Assembly: GCA_902801125.1 (NCBI GenBank)
Contig: CADCGT010000002.1
Coordinates: 225,157 to 289,156 of the forward strand
DNA from: an uncultured Pseudomonadota bacterium
GTDB lineage: Bacteria > Pseudomonadota > Alphaproteobacteria > Rs-D84
Direction of reading: 5' to 3'
Length of the DNA: 64,000 nucleotides
Shown: one piece after another, positions 54,130 to 63,398 of the stretch
Layout: each line of letters begins with the position of its first letter
Numbering within the stretch: position 1 is the stretch's first letter
The notes under the pieces: model-generated
What the model was told of the DNA's origin: nothing
Seen by the model: only the letters and a program-made list of their open reading frames with translations
Database searches by the model: none
Position numbers and translations under genes: made by a program

Positions 54130-54993
54130 ATGAAAACACTAAACCTTATTTTTGTGGGGATTTTGGGCTGTGGCGTTGCGTTCGGCGCAAACGCGGCACC
54201 GGCGAAATGTTCCAAAACGAACCTTACGCGGTGCCTTGATTCCGCGTGTGCGATAAACGGGGGCGTCAACCCGTCCGCCCGGTGCCAGTATTGCGGCACA
54301 TCATCCGCCGGCACCCCACCTTCCACCAAGGGATTAAAAAATGTCACGGCGGGTGCGTCAACGAAATACGCACTTTCGGCCAAAGAATTATCGGTTGCCC
54401 CATCGGACCCCGGCCGGCGTTATATATGGGCAACAACCGAATGTATTAAAAAATTACCGGGTTGCACCCCCGACGACGCGTCAACGGTATATGATAAATT
54501 GATTGAACAATCATGTCGCGCCGCCGGCATCAGTATCCAGGTATCAAACACGATTCAAAATTTAAACTCTGGCCCAAGTAAAACAAAATGCACAGAATCC
54601 ATGACGGCGTGCATGACCCAAAAATGCGGTGCATCATTTGCCGATTGTCAATCCGATTCGGATTTTGACCGTTTCTTGGCCGAATGTGCAACCGACGCAA
54701 CCGGTTGTGACACATACACGGCGGAATTTCGTAAAGAATTTTCGGACGATCGCGAACGTGCATACGCAACCCGCGAAGGTTCGCTTGACGCACTTGTCGC
54801 ACAATATAAAACCACACGCGAAAACAAAATAACAATGGCGCGCACGGCGTGCAACCGCGGCACCGCATCGGAAACATGCGTCAATACGGTCTGTGCGAAA
54901 AACATGCCCGGCAAATGCAAGGAATCGATTGAAAAATCTATGGCGACCCAGTTATGTAAATTCTATGACACGGCTTGCACGGTGTTAAAGTAA
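54130..54993 (+). CDS. Secreted cysteine-rich protein, family member 4 (short form)
   Basis: Signal peptide MKTLNLIFVGILGCGVAFGANA. Contains CLDSAC and CTESMTACMTQKCGASFADC modules. Confidence 0.8.
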   Translation: MKTLNLIFVGILGCGVAFGANAAPAKCSKTNLTRCLDSACAINGGVNPSARCQYCGTSSAGTPPSTKGLKNVTAGASTKYALSAKELSVAPSDPGRRYIWATTECIKKLPGCTPDDASTVYDKLIEQSCRAAGISIQVSNTIQNLNSGPSKTKCTESMTACMTQKCGASFADCQSDSDFDRFLAECATDATGCDTYTAEFRKEFSDDRERAYATREGSLDALVAQYKTTRENKITMARTACNRGTASETCVNTVCAKNMPGKCKESIEKSMATQLCKFYDTACTVLK

Positions 54994-55000
54994 GGAAGAA

Positions 55001-56932
55001 ATGAACAAGACATTTGAAAATCTTTATCGTTCTTTGTTGGTTGCGATTGCGACGGCGGGCATATTTGTATTTGACGCATCCGCGGCGGTGACGAACCGTC
55101 CAACGGCGGCGAACAACGCGGCGGCAAACCGCGCCCAGAATCGAATGGTTGGGCGCGCCCCAACAATGACGGCGCCCAAGGCAACCGCTACCACACCGGT
55201 CGTCGAACCCGAAATAATTGAAGACGAACCAACCCCCGAACCCGAAATCGATGACCCGATTATCGTTGACAACAAAACATCTGTGTTTGACGATGTTATG
55301 TCGGAAATCGGTACATCGGATACCGATGCGGCGGCCAACGCCCGGTCCGAGGCTATTCGCCGTCAACGCGCATTATTGGACGGTGCATCAAACCAAACAA
55401 CCGGCCCGTCGGTAAGTATTACCGCAAACGCATGCGACGCCGAATTGCGCAAATGTATGATGGAACGCTGCGGCAACGATTTTACAAAATGCGCAAATGA
55501 TTCAAGCGCGATATGGGGACAAAAAATCGAAGGTTGCCGTGCAAAAACAAAATGCACCGCACACGAATTTACGTTGTTGGCCCCGGAAATATTGGCGGAC
55601 CGCGACGCGAATGTTAAAATGCAGCACTATGATTCAGTAATAAATTGTGGCAACCGATACAACGATTGTATATTTACCCAATGCGGCACAACATTGAATA
55701 AATGCCTTGCCAAGAAAGACGGCGACAACGCGATTTCAAAATGCGCATCCATCGCAAACGAATGTAAATCTATGGATAACGGCCTTGCGTCACGCGCGAT
55801 GTCGGTCTTTGGCGATTTGCGCACCATTGCGACCGCCCGTGTCAAGGCGGACGAAGCCCGCCTTTACGAATTGCGTGATTTAATGCGGGCGCAATGCAAC
55901 CGTTTTGGTGCAATGTTTGACGAACGGACATTGGATTGTGTTTACACGGTGAATTTCTTTGCCGGCGAAGATAACACACTTATGGCGTCCAAGAAATTAT
56001 ATTCTGGCGACAGTTTCCAATGCAACGCAAATTGGTTCGGTGTCGATATTACAACATATATCGAAAACGCGCAACGCCTTACGCGGTCGCAAAAATCCGC
56101 ATCGGCGGCGGCATTAGGCGCAGGTTTGGGTACCGCGGCGGGACTTTATACATCCGGCGCAATTACACGCGCACGAGAATCTCAAAAAGCAGAAAAGGCG
56201 GTTAATGAAGCTGCATGTGAAAAAGCCGGTGGCAAATGGAGCGGCCGCAAATGCACCGACACGAACGGCAAAGAAGTAGAGATTAATAAAGACGCGGTGC
56301 AAGACGAAAAAAAAGAATCGACCAAAACCGATGCACAACAACCCGAAATAAATGAAAGTTTGCATTCTGAACAAGAAGTTGAAACAGAAACCGATAAACC
56401 CGATCCAAAAGATATAAAAAATATACTTGCCGACGACCTTGGTCTGCAAAAAATAGCCGAAACGAGCCGTGGCGGCCTTAGTTATTCCGGCGCACAATCT
56501 CAACAAAATGATAAAAAAGTGGTATCAACTTGGTATAACTCTCTTTCTGGAAAACATCAGGGTAAAACTGCATACAAATACAGTTATTGGGGCGCAGAAT
56601 TTGATGACGATACTTCCATAACCGGCATATCCGTGTGCAGCACTAAAAAAGATGTTAAATCTGAGAAAACCTTACTGGCCACAGATGCATTCGGAAAACA
56701 ACTATCTAAAGAATGGACAAACGAACAAACAACATCGGCAAGGGGTGGGTATTGCTATTGTCGAATAATAAAACCACAGTATTCAGATTGGAGATATACA
56801 ACTAAACACCGGGACAGTGAGGACTGCGCCGATAATTGTGCAAATTGGTGTGCATATACATTTAATGAGTATCCTTCTGTACGTCAGACACTGTTCAAAA
56901 CACTAAGCAAAACTGATAAATTTCCTCGTTAG
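55001..56932 (+). CDS. Secreted cysteine-rich protein, family member 5
   Basis: Signal or anchor sequence, an Ala/Asn/Arg/Thr/Pro-rich spacer, then CDAELRKCMMERCGNDFTKC and CGNRYNDCIFTQCGTTLNKC. Also has a Gly-zipper-like GAGLGTAAGLYTSGA. Confidence 0.8.
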   Translation: MNKTFENLYRSLLVAIATAGIFVFDASAAVTNRPTAANNAAANRAQNRMVGRAPTMTAPKATATTPVVEPEIIEDEPTPEPEIDDPIIVDNKTSVFDDVMSEIGTSDTDAAANARSEAIRRQRALLDGASNQTTGPSVSITANACDAELRKCMMERCGNDFTKCANDSSAIWGQKIEGCRAKTKCTAHEFTLLAPEILADRDANVKMQHYDSVINCGNRYNDCIFTQCGTTLNKCLAKKDGDNAISKCASIANECKSMDNGLASRAMSVFGDLRTIATARVKADEARLYELRDLMRAQCNRFGAMFDERTLDCVYTVNFFAGEDNTLMASKKLYSGDSFQCNANWFGVDITTYIENAQRLTRSQKSASAAALGAGLGTAAGLYTSGAITRARESQKAEKAVNEAACEKAGGKWSGRKCTDTNGKEVEINKDAVQDEKKESTKTDAQQPEINESLHSEQEVETETDKPDPKDIKNILADDLGLQKIAETSRGGLSYSGAQSQQNDKKVVSTWYNSLSGKHQGKTAYKYSYWGAEFDDDTSITGISVCSTKKDVKSEKTLLATDAFGKQLSKEWTNEQTTSARGGYCYCRIIKPQYSDWRYTTKHRDSEDCADNCANWCAYTFNEYPSVRQTLFKTLSKTDKFPR

Positions 56933-56998
56933 CATTTGACAAAGTAAAATAAAATCCTATAATTCGCCCCCGGTATAACAAAACAACGGGGTTTTATT

Positions 56999-57871
56999 AT
57001 GTATTTTTATCCACACTTTGCACGGGATAATTATAATCAACGCACGGGGGAATATATTCCCACATGGCAAAAGATTGCGCGCGCACATCGCAATATCAAA
57101 ATTTCCGACACAGAATGCAACATGAACAATTTCGGACAATATTCGCCCGCATACCCAACAACAAACGAAGATTGGCGTTTTGCGATGTCTGAATTGAACC
57201 CGGTCGGCAAATCCGTCCTTACCGTCACGGCAAGTGGCGACCAACCAATCGCATTTGCGATTTCCGGCGCAACCAAAATCGATACTTTTGATACCAGTTA
57301 TTTTGCACGCGTCATAATGGATTTGAAAACATCGGCAATTCAAACCCTGGACCACGGACAATATAACCAATTTGTTCGCGAATTGCGTGACACAAAATCT
57401 GTTCGCGACATTCGTGGCTATGATAAAATCGCAACCGTTTGTCCGAAACAAACAATTGTCGTCGCGCGCCAAATGGCGGGATGCAAAATATTTAACGCCG
57501 GCACCGGCACATGCAGTGAATACATGCCAACCGACCAAGAATACAATATTGCAAAACAAAAAATCACAGGGCCTATGAATTTTATCTGGTCAGATTTACA
57601 AAACCTGTGTCGGGAATTAAACCAAGAATACGACATAATCTATCTGTCCAATATTTTCGAATATTTTACAAGCAAGAAAAAAATCTCATCGGTATTACAC
57701 AGCCTGTATCCGTTTATCAAAAACGGTGGTGAAATCATGCTTTACACATCATGGGTTCAAACCGGAATTTCCGAATCGATTGATGCGGCCGCACGTGCAT
57801 GCGGTTGGGGCGAAACGAAATCGCACAACCGTAAAAACGCGTTTATGTTGACGATGACGCGGACACGATAA
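56999..57871 (+). CDS. Putative SAM-dependent methyltransferase-fold protein (DUF3419-like)
   Basis: SVLTVTASGDQPIAFAISGATKIDTFD and YDIIYLSNIFEY resemble class I methyltransferase motifs I and post-II. The assignment is tentative. Confidence 0.45.
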   Translation: MYFYPHFARDNYNQRTGEYIPTWQKIARAHRNIKISDTECNMNNFGQYSPAYPTTNEDWRFAMSELNPVGKSVLTVTASGDQPIAFAISGATKIDTFDTSYFARVIMDLKTSAIQTLDHGQYNQFVRELRDTKSVRDIRGYDKIATVCPKQTIVVARQMAGCKIFNAGTGTCSEYMPTDQEYNIAKQKITGPMNFIWSDLQNLCRELNQEYDIIYLSNIFEYFTSKKKISSVLHSLYPFIKNGGEIMLYTSWVQTGISESIDAAARACGWGETKSHNRKNAFMLTMTRTR

Positions 57872-57875
57872 AATA

Positions 57876-58928
57876 TCAAGAATTTAATTTTTCAATCAAC
57901 GCATCGCGGTCGGTTATAATTTCTATGCCGGCCGCACGCCATTTTTCGGACACATCTTCAAAGTCCATAATGTTGTATTCGCCCAAATACAGTATCGGCG
58001 TTTTTGCCCCGCCCCGGCCCACTTCAATCAATTGCGCAATCGGCGAAGGCCGTTGCCGACCCGCTGCAAACCAATTTGTATCGTCCGCCACCCAGAAATC
58101 ATCATCATCGTGCACCGCGATTGCAAAGTTGCCCGCAATTATTAAATCATTTTCAACATGTGCGTCTATACCCGCCCCCATAATAAATTCACATAATTCA
58201 TCGGCCGGCGATTTTTCGTTATCCGCACCATCATCTTCATCGGCACCGTCGTCAAAATTTATATCTGAAAAAACCGGCACACCGTAATTTGCCATATCAT
58301 CAGATTCCACAACATCAAAATCATTTGGCACCGGAAACGCCGAATTTGTATCAACAAAGGCATTTGCGCCTTGATCCGCCGACACATCGGCCGCCCCAAC
58401 CATAACCGGAACATTATCCGGCGCAGGCACATCCCCGGGGGCATCCGCCACAACATTCGGCGCGTTCACAACCGATTTTGTTGGCGCACGATTAAAGACC
58501 GACTGTTGACGCGAACCGTAATTTTTTTGTGCGCGCATAAATACTTCACGCATCTCGGCCGGCGCACCCGGACGCGGTTCGGGCAAGACATCCTGTTCGG
58601 TAACCAACGGTGGCGGGGGCGCGGGTGGCGGTGGTGGGGGTGCGGCCTCGAAACATTTTGGTAATGGCACACGCACCGGCACGGCGTTATTTCGAATGGT
58701 AAGTGTTGTTGTCGCAATATACAACGGCACCGCCGCAAGAATCAATAATCCAAACACCAGTCCCGCAAAACCATGCAATTCTACGCGTGCCAGGCGCACC
58801 CAATGCGCATACGAAAACATATCAAAATTGAACAAATAATGCAGAATACACCACATAGCAAACACATAGAATGCCGTCCACGCAATCGCGCGCCAATACT
58901 TTGAAAAAAATTTATTCGTATCTGCCAT
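57876..58928 (-). CDS. Membrane protein with a polyproline segment (hypothetical)
   Basis: Two or three N-terminal TM helices followed by APPPPPPAPPPP. I prefer the ATG at 58928 over the GTG at 58934. Confidence 0.65.
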   Translation of the reverse strand: MADTNKFFSKYWRAIAWTAFYVFAMWCILHYLFNFDMFSYAHWVRLARVELHGFAGLVFGLLILAAVPLYIATTTLTIRNNAVPVRVPLPKCFEAAPPPPPPAPPPPLVTEQDVLPEPRPGAPAEMREVFMRAQKNYGSRQQSVFNRAPTKSVVNAPNVVADAPGDVPAPDNVPVMVGAADVSADQGANAFVDTNSAFPVPNDFDVVESDDMANYGVPVFSDINFDDGADEDDGADNEKSPADELCEFIMGAGIDAHVENDLIIAGNFAIAVHDDDDFWVADDTNWFAAGRQRPSPIAQLIEVGRGGAKTPILYLGEYNIMDFEDVSEKWRAAGIEIITDRDALIEKLNS

Positions 58929-58932
58929 TATC

Positions 58933-58958
58933 ACTAACCACTAACACTAACCACTAAC
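58933..58958 (-). repeat. GTTAGTG-type repeat (two 13-nt units), directly upstream of a start codon
   Basis: The plus strand reads ACTAACCACTAACACTAACCACTAAC. On the gene strand GTTAGTGGTTAGTGTTAGTGGTTAGTGATA precedes the ATG at 58928. Confidence 0.85.
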
Positions 58959-59091
58959 ATATTATAGACACATTTTACATTCTGTCAACCGAACAAAAAT
59001 TTATTTAATAAATTTGTAAAAAAAATTAAAAAAAACTTTTTTATATGCCTTTTATATGATATAATGTCAGAGATAAAAAGGAGGGTTTTTC

Positions 59092-61464
59092 ATGCAGAAA
59101 TTGCTGAAAACATTAGAAAAAGGCATAGTTTGCCTGTCATTGGTCGCAATATCTGGTGCGTGTTTTGGTGATACGTCGCCTGCACGTGGGGCGGCCGCCA
59201 ATCGTGGACGCGGCACGACCGCAACGGCACGTATGCCATCGATTCCGACACTGCCGGTTGGTGCGATTGGCAATCTTAGTATAAGCAATAATAACGGTGT
59301 CACACCAACACCGGGTCCAAATCCAGGGCCGAATCCGGGACCGAACCCAGGGCCAAATCCGGGGCCAAATCCGGGACCGAACCCGGGGCCTGATGAACCG
59401 GATACGCCGGTAAACCCGAATCCGCCCACCCCGGAATGCCCGGACGGTGGCGTTGCGAATTCCGATTATACGGTTGAAAACTGTATGAACGATGTGTTGG
59501 CGTGCGTCAATGGTGGCGCGTTGCCAAACGGTATAAATTCGTTGTTTAACGAAGACCTGCGTAATTCAATCGTGAATGGTATGGGGCTGTGCCTGACCCA
59601 GGTTGAACACTGTGTCACAACGGTTCGCAAGAATTGCCAATATGTGTACGCGTCGTCATCCGATGTTTGGTTGGATTTCAACGCACGCAAGGTTCAACCG
59701 GAATACTATGCGTTCGTGTTGCGCCAAACGGGCCTTACCCCGACCCAGGCGGAAAACACATGTCTGTTGTTGGACCGGAACACATACGGCGCATCGTTTG
59801 ACGCGGTATCTGATTCAAACCGCACAACATCCGAATATGCAAAAAATGTTGGCGCGTATAACAGCCAAATGAACAATTCATTGTCCAAGGCAAATCCGAT
59901 GGGTGTAGAGGTCAACAAAACCGGCATCGACGGAAATCGCGGATACTATGCGCGTTGGGATGCCGAAAATGCACAATGCCTGTTGCGTGTCGCGGCGTAT
60001 AACAAAGATACCCTTATCACCAACAGTTGGCTGTTCGGCGCGGTTGGCGACGACCGCACGGCCGAAGTGTGGCAAAACGCCGGTTCAACATTTACATGCA
60101 ACAAAGAATTATTTGATTTTTCGTTAATGCCAACAACAAAGACGGTTGCGGCGACGGCGATACCGGGCGGAACATTGCTTGGTGCCGGAATCGGCGCAAT
60201 GGCCGGACACGGTGACCGCGATTTTGATTGCAGTAACGAAAGCATGCGCAAAGATTTGTTAAAGCAATTGCAAGAAAATCAAAAAATTGGCAACTTGAAC
60301 CAATTTATTGAAACCGATTTATCCAGTGCAAGTAAATCTATGTCCCAGGCGCAATGTAATGAAATTGTGAACCTGTACGACATGTGGCAAATGGGTAAAG
60401 AAGCCATCAAGACATGCGAAGCAAAAACAGAAATTGTCATCAAAGTTAATGCGGACTTTAATCTGCAAAGCCTGCAAAGTCAGTGCAAAGATAATTTATG
60501 CATGACCGATGCACAATTTCAAGAACTTGTTGCCAGCATGAACGGAGAAATGCAACAATTCCTGAACAGCCAATCTGCATTGGTCAAAGATGCATTGGAA
60601 TACTGCACGTTCCGCGAATTGAATACATCACGTCAATATGGCACCGATGTATATTGCAAGGGAACCGGCGAAGGATGCGTATCCAAGGAAGTATTCCAAA
60701 ACGAATTGGATAGTTTGGGACGCATATTCAATTCCATCGAAATGTTAAAGGGGCAAAAATCAAATCGCCTTAAAACGACATTGATTGGTGCGGGTACCGG
60801 CGCGGCGGTCGGCGGAACCGCAACCGCAATCACGGCATTTGTCGAACGCAACAACATCAATTGCCGCGTGGCGGACGGCCTGGCCCGGGTGTCGTTTGGG
60901 AAATCTTATACGATTGACCGTTTGCGCGACTTCTATGTGAAATGGGCATTGAATTTGCCGAACACATTGGCACCGACGGCGGTTGTCACGAATTGCGACA
61001 ATTGGCAATTGACATGCGCCCTGTTCACAGACCCGAAAGAATGCGAAGCAGCCCAGTTTAACTATCGTTCGGGCAACCTGTCCAGCACGACATTGGTCCA
61101 AAATGCGTGCCGCACATCCGGCAGTGCATGTATCGCGAACCTGTCGGTGGCACAATCTTATGGTGCGTGCCTGGTCAACCCGGACACACCGGACGAAGAA
61201 TATCCGTCTGTGAAAAATTGCAGCGAATGGCAACGCGCATGCCGCAATATCACAACCCAGAACGAATGTAATTCAGCGAAGTTGATTTACACACCGCGTT
61301 CTGTGCGCGTATCGATCGCATGTGCATACGATACAACAAATCACATATGCGGATACAATTTGAACAAATTAAAGAAATATATCAACGTTGCAACATGCCC
61401 AGTTGGTCCGGTTCCAATTGACCCGCATCCGGCATCTGCAAATGAAAATGTTGATATAAAATAA
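59092..61464 (+). CDS. Secreted cysteine-rich protein, family member 6, with a PGPN repeat
   Basis: AAGGAGG RBS and signal peptide. A (PGPN)x6 tract is followed by CMNDVLAC and CLTQVEHC modules. Gly-zipper-like GAGIGAMAG and GAGTGAAVGG segments are also present. Confidence 0.85.
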   Translation: MQKLLKTLEKGIVCLSLVAISGACFGDTSPARGAAANRGRGTTATARMPSIPTLPVGAIGNLSISNNNGVTPTPGPNPGPNPGPNPGPNPGPNPGPNPGPDEPDTPVNPNPPTPECPDGGVANSDYTVENCMNDVLACVNGGALPNGINSLFNEDLRNSIVNGMGLCLTQVEHCVTTVRKNCQYVYASSSDVWLDFNARKVQPEYYAFVLRQTGLTPTQAENTCLLLDRNTYGASFDAVSDSNRTTSEYAKNVGAYNSQMNNSLSKANPMGVEVNKTGIDGNRGYYARWDAENAQCLLRVAAYNKDTLITNSWLFGAVGDDRTAEVWQNAGSTFTCNKELFDFSLMPTTKTVAATAIPGGTLLGAGIGAMAGHGDRDFDCSNESMRKDLLKQLQENQKIGNLNQFIETDLSSASKSMSQAQCNEIVNLYDMWQMGKEAIKTCEAKTEIVIKVNADFNLQSLQSQCKDNLCMTDAQFQELVASMNGEMQQFLNSQSALVKDALEYCTFRELNTSRQYGTDVYCKGTGEGCVSKEVFQNELDSLGRIFNSIEMLKGQKSNRLKTTLIGAGTGAAVGGTATAITAFVERNNINCRVADGLARVSFGKSYTIDRLRDFYVKWALNLPNTLAPTAVVTNCDNWQLTCALFTDPKECEAAQFNYRSGNLSSTTLVQNACRTSGSACIANLSVAQSYGACLVNPDTPDEEYPSVKNCSEWQRACRNITTQNECNSAKLIYTPRSVRVSIACAYDTTNHICGYNLNKLKKYINVATCPVGPVPIDPHPASANENVDIK
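59311..59391 (+). repeat. 12-nt in-frame tandem repeat encoding (PGPN)6-PGP
   Basis: CCGGGTCCAAAT CCAGGGCCGAAT CCGGGACCGAAC CCAGGGCCAAAT CCGGGGCCAAAT CCGGGACCGAAC CCGGGGCCT. The units differ only at synonymous positions. Confidence 0.9.
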
Positions 61465-61494
61465 ACCAAGTTTGGCTTGTGTGTCCCTAAAAAG

Positions 61495-61522
61495 AAACCG
61501 TCCGTTTTCGGACGGTTTTTTA
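61495..61522. terminator. Bidirectional rho-independent terminator
   Basis: AAACCGTCCG-TTTT-CGGACGGTTTTTT between convergent genes. Confidence 0.8.
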
Positions 61523-62692
61523 TTACTGGATTTTCAACACCGCAATTCCGGGCAATTCGCGACCTTCGATAAATTCCAAAAACGCGCCCCCACCCGTTGA
61601 AACATATGTTATATCATCCATCACGCCGCACGCATCCAACGCCGCCACCGTATCGCCACCGCCGACAATACTTTTCAATTTTCCGGCACGCGTGTTTTCG
61701 GCAATCGCCCGCGCAATCGCAAAGGAACCGAACGACCATGTCGGCATCCATTCCGCCATACCAACCGTGCCGTTCCAAATAACCGTTGCGGCACGCCCGA
61801 TTTCATCAATATCGCGCGCGGCGGTTTTCGGCCCACCATCAATAATAACATCACCCGGCAAAATATTGTCCAGGTCTTTATCGGTGCGCGGTGCGTTCGG
61901 TTCAAATACCGGCCCAACACCTTTATCCAACGGCACCAGCAATCGACAATTATTTTCCGCGGCATATTTCATAATGTCGCGCGCGTTGTCCGCCATATCT
62001 GGTTCGTACAGCGAATTTCCAACGGGCGCACCAAGCGCAAAATTAAATGTTGTTCCCAATGCCCCACCAACAATCAAAACATCAGACAATCGCGCCAGCG
62101 CACGCAACACGCCAATTTTTGTTGAGACCTTGGACCCGGCGACAATAGACAAGACCGGGTGTGTCGGTTTTTCCATAACATTGGTTAAATTTTCAATTTC
62201 ACTTTGTAATAACAACCCTGCATACGACGGCAAAAATTTAGTCACGCCAACGGTACTTGCATGCGCACGGTGCGAAACGGCGAACGCATCATTTACAAAC
62301 AAATCGAATCCATCCGCCAACATGCGCGCAAATTCGGCATCATTCGCCTCTTCCCCGGCATAGAACCGCACATTTTCCAACAACACCACATCACCGTCAC
62401 GCATATTCGCCATAAAAGATTTATCCAAACAATCTTCAATCAACGGCAATTTCATATATTCCGCCACAGTGCGCAAACTATATTTCATATCGCGCGTTCC
62501 CTTTGGCCGGCCAAGGTGGGAACAAATCGCGACCCGCGCACCCGCGTTGCGCAAGAATTCGATTGTGGGCTGACTCCGCTCTATACGAAATCCTTCGGTA
62601 ATTTTACCATCAACAATTTGCACATTAAAATCATCGCGCAGCAACACATATTTTCCGCGCAAATCAATCCCATCCAACGTCCTAAGTTTCAT
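61523..62692 (-). CDS. pgk: Phosphoglycerate kinase
   Basis: DLRGKYVLLRDDFNV...RIERSQPTIEFL...AICSHLGRPKG...STGGGAFLEF. Confidence 0.95.
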   Translation of the reverse strand: MKLRTLDGIDLRGKYVLLRDDFNVQIVDGKITEGFRIERSQPTIEFLRNAGARVAICSHLGRPKGTRDMKYSLRTVAEYMKLPLIEDCLDKSFMANMRDGDVVLLENVRFYAGEEANDAEFARMLADGFDLFVNDAFAVSHRAHASTVGVTKFLPSYAGLLLQSEIENLTNVMEKPTHPVLSIVAGSKVSTKIGVLRALARLSDVLIVGGALGTTFNFALGAPVGNSLYEPDMADNARDIMKYAAENNCRLLVPLDKGVGPVFEPNAPRTDKDLDNILPGDVIIDGGPKTAARDIDEIGRAATVIWNGTVGMAEWMPTWSFGSFAIARAIAENTRAGKLKSIVGGGDTVAALDACGVMDDITYVSTGGGAFLEFIEGRELPGIAVLKIQ

Positions 62693-62768
62693 TTATTTTC
62701 CCCTTTCCTTTTATTACTATCTCCTTTGTTTTTTGGCACAAAAATTGTACCAAAAAAAACACAAAAAG

Positions 62769-63389
62769 TCAAGAATTTTCGCGGGTTTCAATGGTTTTTT
62801 TGACCGGTCCAAACGTCCGCCGATGATGTTCCGTCACGCCATATTTTTCAATTGCCGATAAATGTTCCGCGGTGGGGTATCCGGCATTTTTATTCCAACC
62901 ATATTCGGGAAACCGGACCGACAGGTCTTGCATAATTTTATCACGCGTTTCTTTGGCGATAATGGATGCCGCCGCGATAGAAAGCGACTTCGCATCGCCC
63001 TTTATAACCGCCCTGCCACGCACAGCCGCCGGCACACGATTTCCGTCAATTAAACACAATTCCGGCGTTTGCCCAAGGTTTGCGACCGCGCGTTCCATCG
63101 CACGCATAGACGCCCAAAGTATATTTAATTCGTCAATTTCCGCCGGGCTGCATTGGCCGGTCGCCCATATTGTATTTTTTGTTATCCAATCATACGCGGT
63201 CGCCCGCTGCGCCGCCGACATTTTTTTTGAATCACGTATCACCACCGGAATTTCAATATCGCGATTTGGGAAAATCACCGCCGCCGCAACAACCGGCCCA
63301 CAGAGTGGACCGCGTCCGGCCTCGTCGCATCCCGCAATAAAGTTTGCGCCAATTTCGTTTTCAATGGAAAAATCTGCAACCGTTATCAT
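62769..63389 (-). CDS. rnhB: Ribonuclease HII
   Basis: IAGCDEAGRGPLCGPVVAAAVIF...GDAKSLSIAAASIIAKETRD. Confidence 0.93.
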   Translation of the reverse strand: MITVADFSIENEIGANFIAGCDEAGRGPLCGPVVAAAVIFPNRDIEIPVVIRDSKKMSAAQRATAYDWITKNTIWATGQCSPAEIDELNILWASMRAMERAVANLGQTPELCLIDGNRVPAAVRGRAVIKGDAKSLSIAAASIIAKETRDKIMQDLSVRFPEYGWNKNAGYPTAEHLSAIEKYGVTEHHRRTFGPVKKTIETRENS

Positions 63390-63398
63390 ATCGCCCCA

